Shown here piece after piece: positions 58,432 to 64,000 of a stretch of DNA of 64,000 bases (positions within the stretch are counted from its first letter, which is position 1; the number at the start of each line of letters is the position of its first letter). The position numbers and the translations under genes were made by a program. Source of the stretch: Bacteroidales bacterium (lineage in GTDB: Bacteria > Bacteroidota > Bacteroidia > Bacteroidales > GCA-2711565); assembly GCA_963678785.1 (NCBI GenBank), contig OY787449.1, forward strand, positions 768,704-832,703, in the 5' to 3' direction. The notes under the pieces were generated by a model that was not told where the DNA came from, searched no databases, and saw nothing but the letters and a program-made list of their open reading frames with translations.

Positions 58432-58917
58432 ATGAAAAAAATTGAACTTAGCCCGATAGGGGTGATTCATACACCTTATAAGGAAGCACAGAACATCCCT
58501 ATTCAGGCATCCTTCGGGAATGGTATTGAAGCGCATTGTGAGCTATTTGATAAATATACTGATGGATTGAAAGACCTTGATGGCTTTAGTCATGCCATTC
58601 TAATCTATCATTTTCATAAATGCAAAGATGAAAAGCTCATTGCCAAACCATATCTTGAAAACAAAGAGCACGGAGTTTTTGCAATTAGAAGTCCATACCG
58701 ACCCAATAAGATTGGATTTTCCATTGTCAAAATAAAAAACATCAATCATAATATCTTAAATTTTACAGAAGTCGATATGCTTGATGGCACACCCCTGCTT
58801 GATATAAAGCCCTATGTGGCACATTTCGATTCCAGACCAAACACAAAAGCCGGTTGGATTGATAAGCACTTTATTGATGGAGAAATTCCTTCACAAGTAA
58901 TACTTAAGAAAAAATGA
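58432..58917 (+). CDS. TsaA/TrmO-fold (UPF0066/YaeB) protein
   Basis: 161 aa. IGVIHTPY, RPNKIGFSIVKI, DMLDGTPLLDIKPY are signature blocks of the TrmO N-terminal domain. Confidence 0.75.
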   Translation: MKKIELSPIGVIHTPYKEAQNIPIQASFGNGIEAHCELFDKYTDGLKDLDGFSHAILIYHFHKCKDEKLIAKPYLENKEHGVFAIRSPYRPNKIGFSIVKIKNINHNILNFTEVDMLDGTPLLDIKPYVAHFDSRPNTKAGWIDKHFIDGEIPSQVILKKK

Positions 58918-59780
58918 AAATAGCCATTGCCAGCGGAAAAGGTGGAACAGGAAAAACAACCCTGGCCGTCAACTTTGCCAATTTTCTGGCCGAGGATCAA
59001 AAAGCAGTTTTGGTTGATTTAGATGTTGAAGAACCCAATTCTGGATTGTTCATCGATGCGAAATTGGTAAATCAGGAACATAAATATAAAATGCATCCCG
59101 AGTGGAAAGAAGACCAATGCACCCTATGTGGAAACTGCCAGAAAGTATGTAATTTTCACGCAGTCATACAGCTGGGTAATCAAATAATGGTTTTCCCCGA
59201 ACTATGTCATAGTTGCCACGCCTGTTCAGAATTATGTCCAAGCAGTGCTTTACCTATGAAACAGCAAAAAATGGGTGAATTGAGGCATTTCCAGAATAAC
59301 AACCTTACCTTTATCGAAAGCAGATTGGATATTGGACAAGAACAAGCTGTTCCTTTAATAGCTCAAACACAGGAATATGTAGACAAAAACATTAAGAATT
59401 CAGAATTCATTCTCTTTGATTCTCCACCCGGCACATCCTGCCCTGTGATTGAAGCAACAAAAGATGTTGATTACATTATTCTGGTTACCGAACCAACTCC
59501 CTTTGGCTTTCATGACTTAAAGCTCGCGATTGAAACCATGCGTGAACTTAAAAAAGATTTTGGAGTGGTTGTTAATCGTGATGGAATTGGAAATGATGAT
59601 GTTATTAATTATTGTGAGGATCAAAAAATTCAGGTATTAGCAAGAATTCCAAACGATAAAGAAATTGCAAAACTTTATTCCCGTGGAGAATTGATCTATA
59701 AAAAACACCCAGCCTTTAAAGAAGAGCTAAAACACATCAATCAAGCCTTATTAAAAATAAAAAACGGAGGTGAACAATGA
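58914..59780 (+). CDS. MinD/ParA-type P-loop ATPase with inserted 2x[4Fe-4S] ferredoxin domain, paralogue 1
   Basis: 288 aa. Deviant Walker A SGKGGTGKTT. CTLCGNCQKVCNFHA and CHSCHACSELCPSSA. Walker B FILFDSPPG. ATGA overlap upstream. Confidence 0.85.
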   Translation: MKIAIASGKGGTGKTTLAVNFANFLAEDQKAVLVDLDVEEPNSGLFIDAKLVNQEHKYKMHPEWKEDQCTLCGNCQKVCNFHAVIQLGNQIMVFPELCHSCHACSELCPSSALPMKQQKMGELRHFQNNNLTFIESRLDIGQEQAVPLIAQTQEYVDKNIKNSEFILFDSPPGTSCPVIEATKDVDYIILVTEPTPFGFHDLKLAIETMRELKKDFGVVVNRDGIGNDDVINYCEDQKIQVLARIPNDKEIAKLYSRGELIYKKHPAFKEELKHINQALLKIKNGGEQ

Positions 59781-60655
59781 AAGAAATTGTAATTATTTCG
59801 GGCAAAGGTGGAACAGGAAAAACCTCCATTACAGCTTCATACAGCTGCTTAGGAGGAGAAGATTTGGTAGTAGCTGACTGTGATGTAGATGCTGCCGACA
59901 TGCATCTATTATTAGAACCCGACTTCGACATGAGGGAAGATTTTTACAGTGGGGAACTAGCCATCATTAACCCGGATGAATGTATCAACTGTGGTTTATG
60001 CCAAGAAGTTTGTAGGTTTAATGCCGTTTCCATTGTGAAGAAACAATATGTAATTGATCCATTAAACTGCGAAGGTTGTGGTTACTGTGCAAGGGTTTGC
60101 CCTTCTGAAGCAATAAGCAACCAACAATTAAAAGTTGGTCAAAGCTATATTTCCAAAACCCGTTTTGGCAGTACCATGGTTCATGCCCATTTAGGAATAG
60201 GTGCAGATAATTCCGGCAAACTGGTTGCAAAAGTTAAAAATGATGCCAAAAAAATTGCCACCGATACCCAAAAAGATTTTGTACTTATCGATGGTTCTCC
60301 AGGACTAGGATGTCCCGTTGTTTCATCTCTATCGGGTGCCAATTTTGTGGTGATGGTTACCGAGCCAACCGTTTCAGGCTTGCATGACTTAAAACGTGTT
60401 TATGAGTTGGTTAAGAAATTCAAAATAAAAGCAGGTTGTATCATCAATAAGTGTGACATCAATCCCAAGATTAGTCTTGAAATTGCCGCATTTTTATGTC
60501 AGGAAAACATCATTCACCTCACCAATCTGCCTTATGATGAAAACTTCACCAAAGCAATGACCGAAGGAAAAACCATTGTTGAATTTGATCATGATGAGTT
60601 AAAAACACTTTTAACAGACAGTTGGGAAAAGGTTAAAGAACAAGCTCTTCAATAA
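59777..60655 (+). CDS. MinD/ParA-type P-loop ATPase with inserted 2x[4Fe-4S] ferredoxin domain, paralogue 2
   Basis: 292 aa. SGKGGTGKTS. CINCGLCQEVCRFNA and CEGCGYCARVCPSEA. VLIDGSPGLGC. ATGA overlap preceded by GGAGGTG. Confidence 0.85.
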   Translation: MKEIVIISGKGGTGKTSITASYSCLGGEDLVVADCDVDAADMHLLLEPDFDMREDFYSGELAIINPDECINCGLCQEVCRFNAVSIVKKQYVIDPLNCEGCGYCARVCPSEAISNQQLKVGQSYISKTRFGSTMVHAHLGIGADNSGKLVAKVKNDAKKIATDTQKDFVLIDGSPGLGCPVVSSLSGANFVVMVTEPTVSGLHDLKRVYELVKKFKIKAGCIINKCDINPKISLEIAAFLCQENIIHLTNLPYDENFTKAMTEGKTIVEFDHDELKTLLTDSWEKVKEQALQ

Positions 60656-60711
60656 ATACAAAAAACTTAAGCTTTGATAATATCATAGCTGCAAACATAA
60701 AAAACAAAAAA

Positions 60712-61050
60712 ATGAAAATAGCATTTACAGCAAAAGGAAATGAATGGGATTCAAAAATGGATCCTCGATTTGGAAGAACTGAATTCATTTTGATTTATGA
60801 TAATGAAAAAGAAGAGATGACTCATTTTGACAACCGCGCCATCGAGAATGAAGCCCATGGTGCAGGTCCAAAGACATCTCAAAAACTATTTGAACTGGGA
60901 GCCAATGTATTGATTACAGGAAATGGTCCCGGCGGAAATGCAGCCGCAGTTCTAGAAAAGGCAGGCACTAAAGTTTTCATTGGTGCAGGAGAAATGACAG
61001 TTAAACAAGCTTATGAAGCTTACAATAATAAATCATTAAAAGAATTATAA
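60712..61050 (+). CDS. NifX/NifB-C-terminal (ORP-like) family protein 2
   Basis: 112 aa. MKIAFTAKG...DPRFGRTEFILIYD...VLITGNGPGGNAAAVLEKAGTKVF is the typical family pattern. Confidence 0.75.
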   Translation: MKIAFTAKGNEWDSKMDPRFGRTEFILIYDNEKEEMTHFDNRAIENEAHGAGPKTSQKLFELGANVLITGNGPGGNAAAVLEKAGTKVFIGAGEMTVKQAYEAYNNKSLKEL

Positions 61051-61052
61051 GA

Positions 61053-62420
61053 ATGAAATCATATGATGTTATCATAATTGGAGCAGGTCCTGCAGGCATC
61101 ATTACGGGAGTAACAGCAAAATCACAATTTCCAGAAAAATCAATGCTGATGTTTAAGGAAGAAGACAAAGGATTGGTTCCTTGTGGAATTCCTTACATTT
61201 TTCATCAGTTAAATGATGTAGATAAAGATGTTATGGGGCCTAAACCATTCATCGACATGGGAGGTGAAGTATTAAAGGAGAAGGTGACTGAGGTTGATGC
61301 AAAAAATAAGACCTTAAAAACAATATCTGGTGAGGAATATAAATTTGAAAAATTGGTTTTTGCAACGGGTTCACAAGTAGTAGTCCCAAATTTTATTCCT
61401 GGAAATGAGCTAGAAGGTGTATACTATATAAAGAAAAGTTATAACTACATCAAACAGATTTTTGATCACTTAAAAACCAAAAAGAAAGTAGTGGTTATTG
61501 GAGGAGGTTTTATCGGTGCAGAGGTAGCTGAACAGCTCTCAATGAATGATAATACAGAAGTTACACTTATCGAAAGTGAACCTCTTTGCTTCTCAAAAGC
61601 TTTTTCGAAGGAATTAAGCCAAATTGCAACTGAAGCCTTAAATGGTACAAAAACCAATGTACTCACAAATACACGCGTTCAAAAAATTACAGGCATGAAT
61701 GGAGCTGCATCTGCTGTTGTTCTGGATAATGGAGAAGAAATCAAATGTGATGCAGTGGTAATGGCCATTGGATACAAACCCAATACAGATCTTGCAAAAA
61801 AAGCAGGACTGGAGCTTAACGAAACCGGAGCCATTATTGTAGATAATTATGAGCGCACCAAATATGAAGGAATTTGTGCTGTTGGAGACTGCTCTCAAAC
61901 CATTGGTTTTCTGACAGGCAGAATCGATCATGTGATGTTGGCATCAACCGCAACAGCCGAAGCTCGAGTGCTTGGACATAATTTATTTGGCATCAAGATA
62001 AGAAAACCTTTTTCTGGAACCATCGCCGTTTTCTCAACCAAAATAAATGGAATTGCCATGGCAGCAGCCGGAGTAAATGATTGTAATGCAGAAGAAGGAA
62101 ACATCGAGTTTATTAGCGCCAAGTTTAGTGATTTTGACAGGCATCCGGGTTCTTTCGTAGATACCTCAGCTTTAACGATGAAACTCTATGCCTCACCTTA
62201 TGATGGTTCCATCATTGGTGGTGAAGTTTGGGGTGGAGATTCATCCGGTGAAATTATTAATACCATTAGTTTAGCCATACAAAAAGGCGTTACAGTGTAT
62301 GAATTGATTTCATTCCAAATCGGCTCGCATCCTTTATTAACAGCAGCTCCAACAAAAACAATATTAATTAAAGCCGCTGAAGGAATTATTAAAGAAATCG
62401 CCAAAAGAAACGCAAAATGA
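61053..62420 (+). CDS. FAD-dependent pyridine nucleotide-disulfide oxidoreductase (CoA-disulfide reductase/NADH oxidase-like)
   Basis: 455 aa. YDVIIIGAGPAG (FAD), single redox Cys context LVPCGIPY, VVVIGGGFIGAEVAE (NAD(P)H), AVGDC. Confidence 0.8.
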   Translation: MKSYDVIIIGAGPAGIITGVTAKSQFPEKSMLMFKEEDKGLVPCGIPYIFHQLNDVDKDVMGPKPFIDMGGEVLKEKVTEVDAKNKTLKTISGEEYKFEKLVFATGSQVVVPNFIPGNELEGVYYIKKSYNYIKQIFDHLKTKKKVVVIGGGFIGAEVAEQLSMNDNTEVTLIESEPLCFSKAFSKELSQIATEALNGTKTNVLTNTRVQKITGMNGAASAVVLDNGEEIKCDAVVMAIGYKPNTDLAKKAGLELNETGAIIVDNYERTKYEGICAVGDCSQTIGFLTGRIDHVMLASTATAEARVLGHNLFGIKIRKPFSGTIAVFSTKINGIAMAAAGVNDCNAEEGNIEFISAKFSDFDRHPGSFVDTSALTMKLYASPYDGSIIGGEVWGGDSSGEIINTISLAIQKGVTVYELISFQIGSHPLLTAAPTKTILIKAAEGIIKEIAKRNAK

Positions 62421-62794
62421 AACTCGAGCACATCGCTTTAAGCATTAAAGATGAACATGATATCAATCTGTTTTATAAACAGATCTTGGGGATGCAGGAA
62501 GTTAGAAATTTTACACTGAATAAAACACTTTCAGGAAAAATTTTCGGCATCGCCACCGAAACCAATGTTCATCTGTTGAAAAAGGGAGATTTGACTTTTG
62601 AAATTTTTATAAACCCAAATCAAGCTGATTTGGGTTTTAACCACATTTGTTTTAAAACCAATGATCGGGATTCATTAATTGACAAAGCCAGAGAAGGAAA
62701 TTATGAATGCATACAAATTGAACGTGAAAACTCTGATTTGATATTTATTAAAGATCATAGTGGGAATGTTTTTGAAATAAAAAACGGCGTTTAG
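62417..62794 (+). CDS. VOC (glyoxalase/bleomycin-resistance/dioxygenase) family protein
   Basis: 125 aa. MKLEHIALSIKD...FNHICF...DHSGNVFEI pattern. ATGA overlap upstream. Confidence 0.65.
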   Translation: MKLEHIALSIKDEHDINLFYKQILGMQEVRNFTLNKTLSGKIFGIATETNVHLLKKGDLTFEIFINPNQADLGFNHICFKTNDRDSLIDKAREGNYECIQIERENSDLIFIKDHSGNVFEIKNGV

Positions 62795-62840
62795 ACACAA
62801 AACAATCAGGTTCTGTTGAAATAACAAACAAATAAGCGTT

Positions 62841-63629
62841 ATGAAACTTACAGTATTAACAGAAAACACAGCCTCAGGCAATTATACTGCCGAACATGGA
62901 TTGTCTTATTATATTGAACAAGACACCAACATCCTTTTTGACACTGGTCATTCGGATGTATTTTTAAAGAATGCTGAAAGGTTAGGAATAGAACTTGATG
63001 ATATTGAAAACATTGTACTAAGTCATGGGCATTGGGATCATGGGGATGGCCTAAAATATTTGAAAAATAAAAACCTTATTTGTCATCCCTATGCTTTCAT
63101 CAAACGGTACAGAAAAATTGATCATCACTACATCGGGCTGAAATTAAATTATTATGAACTAAATAAAAGGTTTCGGCTCATCAATACACGAAGGCCCTAT
63201 TACATTCACGAAAACATGATATTTTTAGGTGAAATTCCACGGATAAACAGATTTGAAGCTCAATCAACACCTTTTGTTGATGAGCACCTGATCGATGATT
63301 ATGTTCCGGATGATTCGGCTTTAGCTGTAATACAAGATGATGAGTTGATTGTTGTTTCGGGTTGTGCGCATGCCGGCATTTGTAACATTATCGAACATGC
63401 AAAAAAAGTAAGCGGAATAAAAAAGGTGTTGGCTGTCATCGGAGGATTTCATTTGAAAGAAATTAATGAACAAACCAAAAAAACCATTGCATACTTTAAA
63501 AAGCAAAAAATAAAACACATTTATCCATCACATTGCACTGATTTACCTGCCTTATCTGCTTTTTATGAAGCTTTTAACATCAAGCAACTAAAATCAGGAA
63601 TGCATTTAAATTTTGGGGAATCAGCATAA
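62841..63629 (+). CDS. MBL-fold metallo-hydrolase
   Basis: 262 aa. HGHWDHGDG metal-binding motif, later SGCAHAG and HC. Resembles the small MBL proteins found in archaeal and anaerobe clusters. Confidence 0.75.
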   Translation: MKLTVLTENTASGNYTAEHGLSYYIEQDTNILFDTGHSDVFLKNAERLGIELDDIENIVLSHGHWDHGDGLKYLKNKNLICHPYAFIKRYRKIDHHYIGLKLNYYELNKRFRLINTRRPYYIHENMIFLGEIPRINRFEAQSTPFVDEHLIDDYVPDDSALAVIQDDELIVVSGCAHAGICNIIEHAKKVSGIKKVLAVIGGFHLKEINEQTKKTIAYFKKQKIKHIYPSHCTDLPALSAFYEAFNIKQLKSGMHLNFGESA

Positions 63630-63663
63630 AAACCCATAATTAATATTTTGAAATCATACTAAA

Positions 63664-64000
63664 TTGAAGATAAATTATTCCAAAAATATTGACCCTCTGA
63701 AATTGCTATTATCAAAGCATTCCTTTGATTTATCTATCATTAAAGAAATTGCCACGGGCCAAAAATATACAGGCATTATGCTCACAAATGGGCAAATTGG
63801 GGTTTGTGCAAACTTGAACAATAAGGTTAGTTCTGATAAAAAAGAATATCAAAAAATAGACCTCCAGAGCCTTTCTCATCGCATCATACTAACATCTTAT
63901 TATAATGCCTTGCTTAATTATTCAAAATTTACAACGGAAAGTAAGGACATCGCTGAAGATATAGATTTTAGAAAATACGAAAAATTGGTAATGATTGGAT
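63664..64000 (+). CDS. DUF4213/DUF364 (putative metal-chelating Rossmann-like) protein, 3'-truncated by window edge; start uncertain
   Basis: The frame is open from 63631 to the window end. There is no ATG before 63778, so candidate starts are TTG 63649 or TTG 63664. The translation ...GQKYTGIMLTNGQIGVCANL...HRIILTSYYNALLNY...KLVMIG matches the DUF4213 N-domain pattern. Confidence 0.55.
   Translation, partial: MKINYSKNIDPLKLLLSKHSFDLSIIKEIATGQKYTGIMLTNGQIGVCANLNNKVSSDKKEYQKIDLQSLSHRIILTSYYNALLNYSKFTTESKDIAEDIDFRKYEKLVMIG

Overview
AT-rich chromosomal window that looks like an anaerobic member of the Bacteroidota. Supporting signs are a T9SS C-terminal sorting domain, a SusB-like GH97, TAnnTTTG-type promoter motifs, a long-tailed S16, rubrerythrin and a Tat-dependent Mo-oxidoreductase. 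Most of it is core genome: gyrB, dnaE, trxA, rpsP-rimM, rnpB (RNase P RNA), tatA, several peptidases (M28, tricorn-like S41, M13), a DmsABC-type molybdoenzyme, GH97, a MATE pump, two nitrilase paralogues, a BlaI/BlaR1-type pair and a large PAS/GAF hybrid histidine kinase with a PhnD-like binding protein. I recognised no rRNA, tRNA, CRISPR array, transposase or integrase. The most interesting region is 57.0-64.0 kb. It holds a tightly packed 12-gene operon led by a DUF134 regulator. Its core is an ORP-like module of two NifX/ORP-family proteins and two MinD-type ATPases with ferredoxin inserts. Around that core sit three small Gly/Arg- and Cys-rich proteins, a TrmO-fold protein, a CoADR-like flavoprotein, VOC, MBL and DUF364 genes. 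It is uncharacterised as a unit. Other points worth a second look: (1) an in-frame TAA that cuts the first transmembrane helix off the hybrid kinase; (2) a double-hairpin REP-like repeat family, with compensatory substitutions, found only in convergent intergenic regions (three copies); (3) conserved GGACG...CGTCC hairpin/palindrome motifs; (4) a tail-fibre-like surface protein with six 30-aa tandem repeats next to a T9SS cargo gene; (5) two TACGAA-N4-TTCGTA operators bracketing the blaI-like promoter, and an atypical Met/Glu-rich coiled-coil BlaR1-like protein; (6) an outer-membrane barrel carrying ComEA-like HhH motifs; (7) canonical GGAGGT Shine-Dalgarno sequences at three overlapping gene junctions. 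All functional calls come from motif and family recognition by eye; no searches were run.
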